64,000 bases of DNA from a virus. The first letter of the stretch is position 1. Each line of letters opens with the position of its first letter. Shown here one piece after another: positions 8,223 to 19,207 of the stretch. The stretch covers positions 25,078 through 89,077 of the IMG/VR virus record IMGVR_UViG_3300045988_129305; one strand, 5' to 3'. The position numbers were made by a program, and so were the translations under genes. Under the pieces are notes generated by a model. It ran no database searches. It was given only the letters and a program-made list of their open reading frames with translations, and was not told the DNA's origin.

Positions 8223-11200
8223 GAATTTCGCAAGAACTCATTCAATGATGAAGATTCCGCGACTCTGGCGCAAGTAGCGACATTATACCAAAATGTTGCT
8301 GATGATGCGATATCTGCAAGTGATAGTGCAAGTATTATAATATCTCAAATGAAAGCGTTCAATATTCCTGCTGAGAACGCGATTCATATCATAGATGCAA
8401 TTAATGCCGTCAGCAATAATTTTGCCGTTTCGTCTACAGATGTTGCCACGGCTTTATCTAAAACTAGCTCTGCAATGGGCGTTTTAGGTAATGATTTTGA
8501 GTCAACTATAGGACTTGTCGTGGCTGGTACGGAAATTATGACCGGACAAGCCACAAAAGTGTCACGTGGACTTAGAACCATCGGCAACAACTTTGCAAAA
8601 GCCGCTAATGATGCAGGAGAAATTGAATATAAAGTTGGTGGCGCAACAAAATCTTTATCTCTTATGGATGAAACCACGGGAGATATGAAATCGACATTCC
8701 AGATATTCAAAGATTTGAAATCCGATTGGGACAATATGTCGAGTTCTGAGCAGCAATCTATAGCATTGGCTTATGCTGGTAAGAACCAGTTTGAAGTATT
8801 CGGTGCGGTTATGAATAACTTCCAAGCGGCTATAGATGCTGCTAATACGGCTTATGATTCACAAAAATCTGCAATGGATGAAAATGCCTCTTATATGGAA
8901 TCTATTGAGGCGAAATTACAAAATCTCAAAGCCGCATATGAGAATTTTGCATCCAATACAATTACAAAAGAATTTATCGGTTCAATATTAGATGCTGGCA
9001 CAAAATTACTCGAATTTGCTAACACTGATATGGGGCAAGCCGTTGCTAAAGCAGTATTATTTGGCGGTGCGATTACTGGTGTTACTGGTATTGCCGGTGA
9101 ATTTATTAGCAAAATAATTGGCATTGCATCTTCAGTTAAAAAAGCCACGGGTGGCGTAGAGGCTTTTCTGGGGATGGCCGCTGGCGGTAAGTGGACAGTC
9201 ATAGCGTTGGCTATAGGCGCTGTCGCGGCGGCTATTATTTTAATTGTAGACGCGATAAAAAATGCCGACAGCAAATTCGATAAATTCATGGGCGAATTTG
9301 ATAAGTCTAAGCAAAAGACAGAAGAGTATCAACAAAGCTTAGATGATACAAAGAAAAAGCTCGATGAATTAAATAATACACCCTATGCCGATAGAACATC
9401 TGAACAACAGCACGAAATAGAAGTTCTTCAAGATCAGATAGAGTATTATCAGCAACTTATAGACCTTGAAAAACAGAGACAAACTGAGGCTGCTATAGGT
9501 GCGTATCAAGAAGCTATTAAGGGCGGCGTTAAAATGGGCACCAAAGTTCATGGCGCAGACCGTAGTATCTATGGACAATATTTACAGTATGGCGATAGAG
9601 ACAGATTTAAGGGCTTTGATTTAACTGCTGAAGAAATTGCACGATTTGATGCTTTGGATGCGTTACCATCTAAATTTAGTAGCGTTCAAGCAGCGGCGGA
9701 AGCCTATGCTAAGGCATTGGGGCTCTCATGGGTAAACGCTGACGGCACGATTAAGTCTGTCGAAGATATGCAAAATGAGCTTGAAGATTTCGGCATTGTT
9801 ATAGATGATGTTGTTGCAGATTTAGAAACCTCTTCATCGGCGTTTCAGGAGCTTGCTGATAACATAAGCAAGGGTGCAAAACCTACTCAAGAACAATTAA
9901 ATCTTGCAAAGAGCTACATAGAATCAAATAAGCAAATAGCTGATGGTTTGCAAGCTAGATTAGAAAATGGTGATAAACTATCTGATGCTGAGTCGCAATG
10001 GTTATCAAATTATAATAATCTACTTAATGCTTACAAAGAGGGTCAGGATGCATTAGATAAATATAATAAATCGGTTGAAACCGCAGATAAAGCGTTGGCT
10101 AGTTTCCCCGACCACATGAAGAATAGTTCAAGTGCAATAGGAGAAGTCGCTAAGGCACTTGTTAATAATTCTGAATTAGGTATAACTTCTGTTAAGGGAT
10201 TAAAGACAGCGCTGTTAGATTTAGCTGCGGGGGACGCTATTGATTTATCTAAAATTGGCAATATTGATGATTTTATTGCCAAGTTGGTAGAAGCCGAAGG
10301 CATTAAATTTAGCGATAAAAATATTAATGTCGAAACAAACGCCGAAGAAGCTAAAAATCAGATAGAAGCAGTCAATGATAGTGTGGAAGATCAGAGCATG
10401 GATGTCCACATTAGTACAGTTGCGGAAGGTCACGAACTTGAAGGGGCATTACAAAATATTGCCGACTGGATAGATAAGATTAATGGCAAAACAGTTAAAG
10501 TAACGCTTGAAGCTGATGTTTCTGCGGCTAAAGAACAAATCAATTCAGTAACAAATGATATAAATAATATTGTTGCTGGTGTTGATGTTACTATAACGAC
10601 TAATGCGCCAGAGGCTAGAGCGCAAATTCAAGACGTTCAATCTGCGGCTGATGCATTATCTAATGTTAAACCTAAAGTAACTGTTAAAGCTAATATAACC
10701 TCTGCTTTAACAAACCTTAACACCATTAAGAACTATACCATACCAGACAAATATTTCTCTGTTGTTTGTTCCGGTGCTAGTGTTGCTATACAGAATCTTG
10801 CTACTATTAAACGTGGACTTGACCAGTTGCATGATAAAACTGTAACTGTTACGGTTAATTATAAGAAAACAGGTAAGTATGCAACTGGTACTAAATCGGC
10901 TCCGGGTGGATTAGCATTAATAAATGATGGCGCACCTGTTAATGGTTCTGCTGGTGAATTAGTCGTACATGATGGTGTTGGTCAAATTTACAATGATGGT
11001 AAAGAGACCGTCCAGCCAATACCTAAGGGCGCTAAAATTTATACAGCTAGACAAACCCAAGGCATTCTTAAAGACCGTGGCTTAACAGTGGATGATGTAG
11101 CCGAGAATCCCATCCCGGCTATGGCCAACGGCACTAAGAATAATCCTAAATACCCCGATAGGCGAAATGATCCGACTTATTCTGGTGTTACTACTCTTTA

Positions 11201-11852
11201 TGGCTCTGGCGAGGACTTAAAGAAGAATTTTGAGGAATGGCTAAAAGAAAAGAAACACTGGCTTAATATGGATGTTATCTCTGAAGCACAGTATTATCGT
11301 GATTTAGAGATAATGAATGAGCGATACTTAAAAAATCTTAGTGATGCTAAAGACGAATATTGGCAACATGAGGAAGAAATATATAAGTATCAAAATCAGT
11401 CCCTTGAAGATCAGATTAGGCTTGAAGAGAAATTAAGTGATTTAGCTAAAGCCAAAGAGAATAGGGTATATGCGCTTAGTGGCGGTCGTTTCCAGTATTT
11501 ACAGAATCTTGATGCTATAGCAAAAGCTCAAAGAGAAGTCGACCAGTTAACAGGTAAGTATGCTAATGGTACAACTAACGCAAGAGGTGGACTATCTTTA
11601 GTTGGCGAAAATGGACCTGAGATGCGGGTGCTTGGACATGGCGATGGTATAATCCCGGCTGAAGCAACAAAGAATCTCATGGCATTGTCAAGCCTTAATA
11701 TTAAAGATGCCCTGTCCAACATAGGACGAGCCATAGTGACTAACTACTCCTTTGATATTAGTCGGCTTGAATTACCGAGCGTTTCTAATGCTGGTGAGTT
11801 CTTAGATGGCTTAAAGAATCTTGCATATCAATATAGTTATGCAAGAGCATAA
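8223..11852 (+). CDS. tail tape measure protein, exon 2
   Basis: About 1209 codons. TP901-type TMP core (FRKNSFNDEDSATLAQVATLYQNVADDAISASDSASIIISQMKAF..VSSTDVATALSKTSS), a Gly/Ala-rich membrane-like segment and long coiled coils. The frame has a stop at 8217-8219 just upstream. Confidence 0.85.
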   Translation, partial: EFRKNSFNDEDSATLAQVATLYQNVADDAISASDSASIIISQMKAFNIPAENAIHIIDAINAVSNNFAVSSTDVATALSKTSSAMGVLGNDFESTIGLVVAGTEIMTGQATKVSRGLRTIGNNFAKAANDAGEIEYKVGGATKSLSLMDETTGDMKSTFQIFKDLKSDWDNMSSSEQQSIALAYAGKNQFEVFGAVMNNFQAAIDAANTAYDSQKSAMDENASYMESIEAKLQNLKAAYENFASNTITKEFIGSILDAGTKLLEFANTDMGQAVAKAVLFGGAITGVTGIAGEFISKIIGIASSVKKATGGVEAFLGMAAGGKWTVIALAIGAVAAAIILIVDAIKNADSKFDKFMGEFDKSKQKTEEYQQSLDDTKKKLDELNNTPYADRTSEQQHEIEVLQDQIEYYQQLIDLEKQRQTEAAIGAYQEAIKGGVKMGTKVHGADRSIYGQYLQYGDRDRFKGFDLTAEEIARFDALDALPSKFSSVQAAAEAYAKALGLSWVNADGTIKSVEDMQNELEDFGIVIDDVVADLETSSSAFQELADNISKGAKPTQEQLNLAKSYIESNKQIADGLQARLENGDKLSDAESQWLSNYNNLLNAYKEGQDALDKYNKSVETADKALASFPDHMKNSSSAIGEVAKALVNNSELGITSVKGLKTALLDLAAGDAIDLSKIGNIDDFIAKLVEAEGIKFSDKNINVETNAEEAKNQIEAVNDSVEDQSMDVHISTVAEGHELEGALQNIADWIDKINGKTVKVTLEADVSAAKEQINSVTNDINNIVAGVDVTITTNAPEARAQIQDVQSAADALSNVKPKVTVKANITSALTNLNTIKNYTIPDKYFSVVCSGASVAIQNLATIKRGLDQLHDKTVTVTVNYKKTGKYATGTKSAPGGLALINDGAPVNGSAGELVVHDGVGQIYNDGKETVQPIPKGAKIYTARQTQGILKDRGLTVDDVAENPIPAMANGTKNNPKYPDRRNDPTYSGVTTLYGSGEDLKKNFEEWLKEKKHWLNMDVISEAQYYRDLEIMNERYLKNLSDAKDEYWQHEEEIYKYQNQSLEDQIRLEEKLSDLAKAKENRVYALSGGRFQYLQNLDAIAKAQREVDQLTGKYANGTTNARGGLSLVGENGPEMRVLGHGDGIIPAEATKNLMALSSLNIKDALSNIGRAIVTNYSFDISRLELPSVSNAGEFLDGLKNLAYQYSYARA

Positions 11853-11862
11853 TAAATTAATG

Positions 11863-11889
11863 AGGGGTAAGTTAATCTTACCCCTTTTG
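11863..11889 (+). terminator. rho-independent terminator
   Basis: 9-bp stem AGGGGTAAG / CTTACCCCT, loop TTAAT, then TTT. Confidence 0.7.
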
Positions 11890-11906
11890 ATAATAGAGGT
11901 GAAGTA

Positions 11907-12278
11907 ATGGCAGATACAAAAGTTCAAAAAGAAATACTTGATGCAATAAAAATAATTGTTGATGCCGCTATTAAAAAATCAACCCCTAACATATTATTTG
12001 GAGTAGTAACAGAAGTAAAAGGCAATAATACTTGTGTAGTAGATATAAATACTATTGGATATAATTTATCTTATTATGGCGATTATGCGCCTAAGATAAG
12101 CAAGAAATATCCTGTATTTGTACCTCCTGCTGGAATGAGTAAAGCTTTTGTTATTTCTACAAGTAGTCCAGATGAATATGTATTGCCTATTGCTTCCGCT
12201 ACGGAATTAGGTGGCGTTAAAATAGGCAATGGGTTAGAGATTGTTAATGGTGTGCTGAGTACAAAATCAACTACTTAA
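11907..12278 (+). CDS. hypothetical tail-associated protein
   Basis: 123-aa ORF with GAGGTGA SD, first gene after the TMP terminator. Confidence 0.6.
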   Translation: MADTKVQKEILDAIKIIVDAAIKKSTPNILFGVVTEVKGNNTCVVDINTIGYNLSYYGDYAPKISKKYPVFVPPAGMSKAFVISTSSPDEYVLPIASATELGGVKIGNGLEIVNGVLSTKSTT

Positions 12279-12296
12279 AGGAGGTGTTTGTTCTAT

Positions 12297-14189
12297 ATGG
12301 CAGATATTTCAACTATAACTGTTGATAATGTAAAGTATAATATAAAAGATGCTCAGGCGAGAGAATCTATTGCAACTTTAGATATACCTAAAAGCCCGGC
12401 TGATATAGGCGCTGTAGCTGTAACCGATATTACTCAAACATTAGGGTCAAGTACAACTAAAATACCGAGCGAAAAAGCCGTACAAGTTGCCTTAGCAAGT
12501 GTTGGGCAAGGCGATATGAAAAAAGTCGACTATGATGCCAATGGCGATGTTAAAACCGCTGGTGGCATAGATTCTTTTGTTAGTAATAAAATTGGTGAAA
12601 TCACATATCCGGTAACAAGTGTTAATAATAAAAAGGGCGATGTCAAATTAACTGCTGCTGATGTAGGTGCAATGCCAGATACTACTATCATACCAGTAGT
12701 TAATGATGCCAAATTAACCATACAGAAGAATGGGGCTAAAGTAGCGGAGTTCACGGCTAATGATGCTGATAATATTACGGCTAATATAATCGTGCCCACT
12801 CAAGCTAGTGACATCAATGCCGTACCCGATACTAGAAAGGTTAATTCTAAACAGCTCAATGAAGATATTGTTTTAACTCCTGCGGATATTGGAGCTTTAT
12901 CCGCCGATGGGAATGCCGCGACTGCTACTAAATTGGCTTCGGCTAAAAAAATAAATGGTGTGGCATTTGATGGCTCTGCTGACGTAACCGGCGCTTTTAC
13001 TTCTGGGCTGTATGATGGATATTTGCAATGGGGCGGAACTAATATTGCGAATGGTGTTTCACCAATTGACGCTGGGCTATGTTCTTTATTTGCGTCGAAT
13101 AAGGCCGAGTTTTCCCACGCAACGGGGATTACAGTTGAATATAGTAACAATGATGGCGCAACTTGGGTGGATTATGACGCGTCCGATGATTCCAAGAGAC
13201 AACTATTAAGTTTAATAGGCACTACTTACTTTATAGGTAAAAAAGTAAATACACCCGCTACGATTCAAGATAAACTTAGAATTACAGTTAATGCGAATGA
13301 CTGTGGTTTTTATACTGCGTTAAGAAAAATATTAATTAACGTCCGCACGAATGGTGCTCGTGGGTGTAAGGTTGTGATTGAACAGTCTCTTTTGGAATCG
13401 CCGACAATATTCACGACAGTAGACATCTATGAGGTAGCGGGTTGGTCAGGATGGAATTCTATTCCATTAAATGCGCCGTTTGGAGGCCCCCCCGCTTCAT
13501 CACAACAAATAGCTTCAATTCGGTTTATTTTTAGTATTTCCTCATTGGCGGCTTCTTTGCTGAATAATTTCTCTGTACTTAATATTTTATTCTACGGCGT
13601 TAGTGCTTGGGCAACCACTAGCGCTATGGCGAAAACTGGGCATTTATATGAATATGATATGAATCAAAATGCTATATTCCCAGCGCAAGTGAGAGCAACT
13701 AAGTTTATTGGTGATGGTTCTCAATTAACCGATGTGCCTTATCCTGTTACTTCTGTAAGCGGTAAAACAGGCGCAGTCAGTTTAGTCGCCAGTGATGTAG
13801 GGGCTGTTTCAACTTCTGATGTAACAACAACACTGGGTTCAAGTACAACTAAAGTACCGAGTGAGAAAGCTGTAGCGGATGCGATAACTGCGGCTGGTGG
13901 TGGTGATATGCTGAGAGCAACATACGACCCCACCAATGCTGTCGCCGATGCCGGTGGTATAGTTGATTATGTGGCGAATAATGTGTCTTATCCTGTTACT
14001 TCTGTTAATACTAAAACTGGTGCCGTTACTCTTAATAAATCAGATATAGGATTGAGTAATGTTGATAATGTAAAACAATATTCAGCAAGTAATCCTCCAC
14101 CTTATCCAGAATCAAATAAGAATAAGCTCGTTTCAACTCAACCTACTAATATGAACAGTGGTGATATTTGGTATAAAATTAAATCGTAA
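12297..14189 (+). CDS. tail fiber protein
   Basis: ATG 12297 about 9 nt after AAAGGAGGTG (the track start 12288 is TTG). Three copies of the fiber repeat YPVTSV(N/S)xKxGxVxL..D(V/I)G and two copies of LGSSTTK(I/V)PSEKAV. Confidence 0.8.
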   Translation: MADISTITVDNVKYNIKDAQARESIATLDIPKSPADIGAVAVTDITQTLGSSTTKIPSEKAVQVALASVGQGDMKKVDYDANGDVKTAGGIDSFVSNKIGEITYPVTSVNNKKGDVKLTAADVGAMPDTTIIPVVNDAKLTIQKNGAKVAEFTANDADNITANIIVPTQASDINAVPDTRKVNSKQLNEDIVLTPADIGALSADGNAATATKLASAKKINGVAFDGSADVTGAFTSGLYDGYLQWGGTNIANGVSPIDAGLCSLFASNKAEFSHATGITVEYSNNDGATWVDYDASDDSKRQLLSLIGTTYFIGKKVNTPATIQDKLRITVNANDCGFYTALRKILINVRTNGARGCKVVIEQSLLESPTIFTTVDIYEVAGWSGWNSIPLNAPFGGPPASSQQIASIRFIFSISSLAASLLNNFSVLNILFYGVSAWATTSAMAKTGHLYEYDMNQNAIFPAQVRATKFIGDGSQLTDVPYPVTSVSGKTGAVSLVASDVGAVSTSDVTTTLGSSTTKVPSEKAVADAITAAGGGDMLRATYDPTNAVADAGGIVDYVANNVSYPVTSVNTKTGAVTLNKSDIGLSNVDNVKQYSASNPPPYPESNKNKLVSTQPTNMNSGDIWYKIKS

Positions 14190-14206
14190 AGGAGTGATAT
14201 AATGTT

Positions 14207-15283
14207 ATGTTAACTACTCCTATTTTATATTCACAAGCGGCATTTGATGCTACACAAGCTCGTACATTTACTTTTAATGTAGTTGGTGGCGAACAAGTAA
14301 CACAGAATAGATTAGTCATAATTAATCAAGCCACGAGTGAAGTTGTCTATCGGGCGGTACAGACTACTTATAAATTTGAGCATATATTACCAGCTAATAC
14401 ACTAACCAATGGCGTATATTATTCGGCTTATATAGTAACATATAATGCTAATGGTGCGGCTTCTTCGCAATCTAATAGCATACAATTTTATTGTTATTCC
14501 ACTCCGAGCTTTACGTTTAGTAATTTACCTATAAATAATACCATAACCAACAGTTCGTATAATTTTCAAGTTACATATAACCAAGCTGAGGGTGAATTGC
14601 TGAATAGCTATTCATTCACTTTATATGACGCTCAAAGAATACAAATAGCGACAAGCGGTGTGCAATATGTTGGTGTTACAATTATACCGCCTACAATTAT
14701 TGCTCATCAATTCACAGGATTTGTTGATAGAACGAGTTATTATATTAGAGCAATAGGACAAACGGCTCAAGGTACTCAAGTAGATACTGGACTTATTGCT
14801 ATATCAATTATATATACTGTTCCTAGTTTATTTAGTATTATTGAATTAAGCAATAACTGTTCTGGTGGGTATGTATTAGTTAAATCAAATTTAATTGAGA
14901 TTGGCGCTAAGAGCAATCCTACGCCGCCCATTTATATTGATAATAATACGGCGGTTGATGATAGAAATAGCGGTAGATATGTTCAATGGGATTCGGGCTT
15001 TGAATTAAGTGATAATTTTACGGCTTCTTTATGGGGCAGAGCTTTTAATGAAAACTCAAATATAATCACTATGATAGATGATTATGATAATGAGATAACC
15101 ATTCGATATAGAACTAATGATGATGGTACTGTATATGCTGATGCTACTGTTACCAATGGTAGTGTTAGATATTATATATACAGTGCTTCAATTCCTAAGC
15201 CGACAGAAACCGATAAAATACAATTTTGGATTAGGCGTATTGGTTATCAATATACCATAAAATTAGCTAATGTAACAACATGA
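14207..15283 (+). CDS. tail/baseplate structural protein, function unassigned
   Basis: 358-aa ORF, SD AAGGAGTG upstream, beta-rich. Confidence 0.65.
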   Translation: MLTTPILYSQAAFDATQARTFTFNVVGGEQVTQNRLVIINQATSEVVYRAVQTTYKFEHILPANTLTNGVYYSAYIVTYNANGAASSQSNSIQFYCYSTPSFTFSNLPINNTITNSSYNFQVTYNQAEGELLNSYSFTLYDAQRIQIATSGVQYVGVTIIPPTIIAHQFTGFVDRTSYYIRAIGQTAQGTQVDTGLIAISIIYTVPSLFSIIELSNNCSGGYVLVKSNLIEIGAKSNPTPPIYIDNNTAVDDRNSGRYVQWDSGFELSDNFTASLWGRAFNENSNIITMIDDYDNEITIRYRTNDDGTVYADATVTNGSVRYYIYSASIPKPTETDKIQFWIRRIGYQYTIKLANVTT

Positions 15284-15299
15284 TAAGGAGGTGTTGTCA

Positions 15300-16208
15300 A
15301 TGTTTATGATGTGTGGATATAATTTTTGTAAAGATGGCAATGCCTTAGACCCCGCGCCGATAATGGCTAATAACTTCAAAACGGTTAGATTAACCAATGG
15401 CATATTTGACCATTGGAATGTAACAAGAGATGTAGATAGTGCTTATAGTTCAGAAATCCCTACTGCTTGGGAATATTTGACTGTTATGGACGCTAATTTT
15501 AATGGCAATATAGTTGCTGGTAATAGTGCATTCTCATTATCTTCAATAGATGGCATTAAGATAAAGCGTCGTAAGACAACTGATTTTGATTGGGTTTCAT
15601 TAAAATATATTTCGGTCGATGAAATGTCTACATTATCTTTTACATTTAATGATAATTTGGCCGCAAGTGGGGAACAGTATGAATATGCTTTTGTACCAGT
15701 TGTTGGCGGTGTTGAGGGTAATTATATAACTAATACAATATCAACAAAATTTGATGGTGTATTTATATGTGATTTAGACACTATATATAAATTTTATGCT
15801 GGTGTTAAATATGGCACTAATGAGCGCGTACAGAAAATAGGCGTATTTGAGCCTTATGGTCGTAAATATCCCGTTGTTGTAAGTAATGGTTTGATTAATT
15901 ATGAAACTGGTTCCGTAACTGGTACTGTATTAGCCGATAATTATCTCAAGACTAAGGCGATGAATCGGATAGCTATGGTTAAAGAGCAAAAAGCATTGAA
16001 GGACTTTTTAACCAATAAAAAGGCTAAGATATTAAAGGACTGGAACGGAAATAGCTGGCTAATGTTCGTAACAGATAATATCTCAACGTCCTATGAAAAC
16101 AATTATGGCATGGGCATAGCTGACGTTAGTTTCGACTGGACTGAAATAGGCGATTCTAATAATCAAGCCGACTTGTATAATAATAGCTTAACTGAGGTGA
16201 GTAATTAA
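15300..16208 (+). CDS. tail/baseplate structural protein (distal-tail-like by position only)
   Basis: ATG 15300 about 8 nt after AAGGAGG (the track start 15291 is GTG). Its stop overlaps the next start (ATGT..TAATG). Confidence 0.6.
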   Translation: MFMMCGYNFCKDGNALDPAPIMANNFKTVRLTNGIFDHWNVTRDVDSAYSSEIPTAWEYLTVMDANFNGNIVAGNSAFSLSSIDGIKIKRRKTTDFDWVSLKYISVDEMSTLSFTFNDNLAASGEQYEYAFVPVVGGVEGNYITNTISTKFDGVFICDLDTIYKFYAGVKYGTNERVQKIGVFEPYGRKYPVVVSNGLINYETGSVTGTVLADNYLKTKAMNRIAMVKEQKALKDFLTNKKAKILKDWNGNSWLMFVTDNISTSYENNYGMGIADVSFDWTEIGDSNNQADLYNNSLTEVSN

Positions 16209-17773
16209 TGTCTAATCAAATTACTCAATCACAGTATAATACGGCACATCAAAACATACGAAATACATATATAAGGGTTGATTTGCTTAATTTTCAGTTT
16301 TTAACGGTTGATAGCTTAGAGGGTAATTTACTTAAAGGCTCAGTTAGTATTGATGCCAATAGTGATATGCGGCGAACTTGTAACATTGAGTTAGTAGTGA
16401 CTGATAGCTCATATAATGTTCAAGCTGGTGGCAAGATATGGCTAGATAAATATATACAAATTTATGTCGGCATCGATGATATTCGTACTGGCGAAATATC
16501 ATGGACTAATATGGGTATATATTTAATTAATCAGCCGAGTTATAGTTATGATGCACAGACGCATACTTTATCATTTCAAGGCGTTGATTTAATGGCTAAA
16601 TTAACCGGACTGAGAAATGGCTATGTAACCGGTTTGGCTGGTGAAGATAAAGTGTTGCTCAGTGTCGGTCAAAATATTCGAGAAATCATTATCGGCATAT
16701 TAAAAGAAAATGGCTTTAATCGCTATGTAGTATCAGAATGTAAGAATATTGACGGCGCTATTCAAGATATTCCTTATGAGATGGAGTTTGAACAAGGCTC
16801 TACTTGGTGGGATGTATTAGAGGCATTAAGAGATATATTACCGTCTTATCAAATGTATTTTGATGCTGATGGAATATTTCATTATGATATGATACCTTAT
16901 AGGGCTAATGACCCTATAAGAATTGACTTAAATACATGGGACAATAATGCCATTAGTGAATCAGTCGATGTTGATTTTGAGTCGGTTAAAAATGCTATTG
17001 AGGTATATGGCACTATACATGAGCCTGATAATTTTAGTGAGAAAGATAAAACGACCGTTCAAGATAATATAATAGTGCCGCAATTTTCAGCCTTGACTGA
17101 ATTAAAAGAATATGATATGATAGGGTTAGTATTGCCCGAAGATGCTACTTCTGGCGGTGGCATATTATATACTATTGATGGGGAGAATTTAACTACTGAG
17201 GTCGGTTCGGTTACTAATGAAACTTTTTTACCTCAAGGCGGTTATGTGGTCAGTGAGAGCTTGATATTAACTAATGGCGAGGGATTAGTAATTAATTTTC
17301 TTGGTCATCATTCAATTGTTAATGCGAGTGGCGCACCAATTATGCAATTAGCTAAAGATACATATTGGGTATTTTCTTACCAAGCTAATGGTACTTGGTT
17401 ATTTATGGGACACGCGCAAGCCCAAGCCAAGTGGCAAGATAATAATCCTAATAGCCCATTTTATGTTGGTAGTTCTATTGGTAAAATAACATTACCTTTA
17501 TATGGCGATGATTATGAAAATATACAAACTGATGAATTGGCATTAGAAAGAGCTAAATATGAGATATATTTAAGATGTCGGCTTAATGATACTATTAATG
17601 TAACAACAGTGCCTATATATTGGGCTGATGTTGGTTGGAAAGTTAATTATAGACCATTAGGTGGCAATATAATTAATCAATATTTAGTTCAGTCTATTGA
17701 TGTTGATTTAGCTCCCGATGGTAAACAAACATGGAATTTAAGTAGATTTTACCCTCTGTATGAGTCATTTTAA
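16208..17773 (+). CDS. tail-tip/baseplate hub-like protein (Tal-like N-terminus)
   Basis: 521 aa. The N-terminus VDLLNF..LEGNLLKGSVSIDANSDMRRTCNIELV..IYVGIDD resembles siphophage tail-tip (Tal / endopeptidase-tail family) N-domains. From memory, not verified. Confidence 0.6.
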   Translation: MSNQITQSQYNTAHQNIRNTYIRVDLLNFQFLTVDSLEGNLLKGSVSIDANSDMRRTCNIELVVTDSSYNVQAGGKIWLDKYIQIYVGIDDIRTGEISWTNMGIYLINQPSYSYDAQTHTLSFQGVDLMAKLTGLRNGYVTGLAGEDKVLLSVGQNIREIIIGILKENGFNRYVVSECKNIDGAIQDIPYEMEFEQGSTWWDVLEALRDILPSYQMYFDADGIFHYDMIPYRANDPIRIDLNTWDNNAISESVDVDFESVKNAIEVYGTIHEPDNFSEKDKTTVQDNIIVPQFSALTELKEYDMIGLVLPEDATSGGGILYTIDGENLTTEVGSVTNETFLPQGGYVVSESLILTNGEGLVINFLGHHSIVNASGAPIMQLAKDTYWVFSYQANGTWLFMGHAQAQAKWQDNNPNSPFYVGSSIGKITLPLYGDDYENIQTDELALERAKYEIYLRCRLNDTINVTTVPIYWADVGWKVNYRPLGGNIINQYLVQSIDVDLAPDGKQTWNLSRFYPLYESF

Positions 17774-17793
17774 TAGAAAGGAGAGATAAGTAT

Positions 17794-18525
17794 TTGAGTG
17801 TAACATATCCGTCTCTTCAATTTACGACATTCCCTGATAGCATAAATTCTTTCGTTACAATGCTCAATATGTCCATAGCTGATGGCGCGGCTGTAACTGG
17901 CTATCAACAAGCTATGCAAGCTGGCAATAATACATTGGCACAGCAATATTATAGCCAAGTAACAAATGCTAATCAGAAATTCATTGATGCTACAAAAATG
18001 AACACGCTGATGGACACTTGTGTAGCATTACAGCGATTTTATAAAACCGATATAGAGCCTTATGTGCAGTCTCAGCAAACTATATGGGGCAATAGAATAA
18101 ATCAATTTAATTATGTTGGGGATTATAGCGCAAGTAAGCAATATGAGATAAATAATTTTATTACTTATATTGTTAATGGCGATACGCAAGTATTTATATG
18201 TATTGTTAGGCCACCTGTTGGAACTGTGCCTACCAATAGTAGTTATTGGCGACAATTAAGCCTTAGAGGATTACAAGGCGCGTCTGGTGAAAATTTATCA
18301 TTTAGATATGCTTGGAAATCTGATGAGACTTATTATGTTGAAGATGTTGTAGTATATGATAATGTAGTATGGGGTTGTTTGGTTCAGAATACTAATCAAA
18401 CGCCGCAATCTGGCTCAACATATTGGCAAAGTATATATAGTCCGCAACAGGTCGTTTATCCATTTACTACTACAGAGCCTATAAATATGCAAGAGGGCTA
18501 TTTGTGGTTTAAGAGAAAGTCGTGA
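17794..18525 (+). CDS. fiber-associated protein with CBM5/12-like aromatic motif (paralog 1)
   Basis: C-terminal YWRQLSLRGLQGASGENLSFRYAWKSDETYYVEDVVVYDNVVWGCLVQNTNQTPQSGSTYW parallels the next ORF. Confidence 0.65.
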   Translation: MSVTYPSLQFTTFPDSINSFVTMLNMSIADGAAVTGYQQAMQAGNNTLAQQYYSQVTNANQKFIDATKMNTLMDTCVALQRFYKTDIEPYVQSQQTIWGNRINQFNYVGDYSASKQYEINNFITYIVNGDTQVFICIVRPPVGTVPTNSSYWRQLSLRGLQGASGENLSFRYAWKSDETYYVEDVVVYDNVVWGCLVQNTNQTPQSGSTYWQSIYSPQQVVYPFTTTEPINMQEGYLWFKRKS

Positions 18526-18534
18526 TGGTGATAA

Positions 18535-19200
18535 ATGATCAGAGTACAAGATATACAAATAGATGATTTAGCATTAAAAAATCAATACGTCCAAGATATG
18601 GCTAATGGCGATTATGCCGGAATGAGCAATATTATTTCGGCCAATCCTCAATTAGATACTAAGATTTTTGATGCTGATAAAATTAATGATATAGTCGATT
18701 CATTAACGGCTCAACAGAATAATTATTTTACTAATGTGCCTGATTATATGGCGGCATTAGAGGCTCAATATAATGCGCTGATAAATGAATTTAAGAATGC
18801 GCATGATTGGGATGTTGGCGAAGAATATACTCGATACAATTTTGTTGTATATAACAATCTGTATTATATGTATATTAACGTCGATAGTAGTATAGGCAAC
18901 TTGCCTACTAATACTACTTATTGGAAAGAGATAGGGCTTAGAGGCGAACAAGGTGCACCGGGCGTTGGCCTTAATCTGAGATACGCTTGGAGTTCCGTTG
19001 TTAATTATAATCCACTTGATTTAGTATTTTATAATAATGCGTCATGGGTGGCAAAGGCTACTAACGTGAATCAAACTCCAAGCACAACATCCCAATATTG
19101 GGAAATATTTGTTAATCACGAGCCAGTCGGTATTGAATCATCTATTGCACAACCTGCTAAAAGATATTTAGGTCAAATTTGGTTAAAAATGAAGGAGTGA
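18535..19200 (+). CDS. fiber-associated protein with CBM5/12-like aromatic motif (paralog 2)
   Basis: C-terminal YWKEIGLRGEQGAPGVGLNLRYAWSSVVNYNPLDLVFYNNASWVAKATNVNQTPSTTSQYW aligns residue by residue with 17794-18525. Confidence 0.65.
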   Translation: MIRVQDIQIDDLALKNQYVQDMANGDYAGMSNIISANPQLDTKIFDADKINDIVDSLTAQQNNYFTNVPDYMAALEAQYNALINEFKNAHDWDVGEEYTRYNFVVYNNLYYMYINVDSSIGNLPTNTTYWKEIGLRGEQGAPGVGLNLRYAWSSVVNYNPLDLVFYNNASWVAKATNVNQTPSTTSQYWEIFVNHEPVGIESSIAQPAKRYLGQIWLKMKE

Positions 19201-19207
19201 TATAAAT

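Noticed and set aside
8384-11734. Several 60-130-aa - strand ORFs within the tape measure gene
   Set aside because: They are antisense to a 1200-codon ORF with clear TMP motifs. This is typical shadow-frame behaviour of an Ala/Gly/Ser-rich gene.
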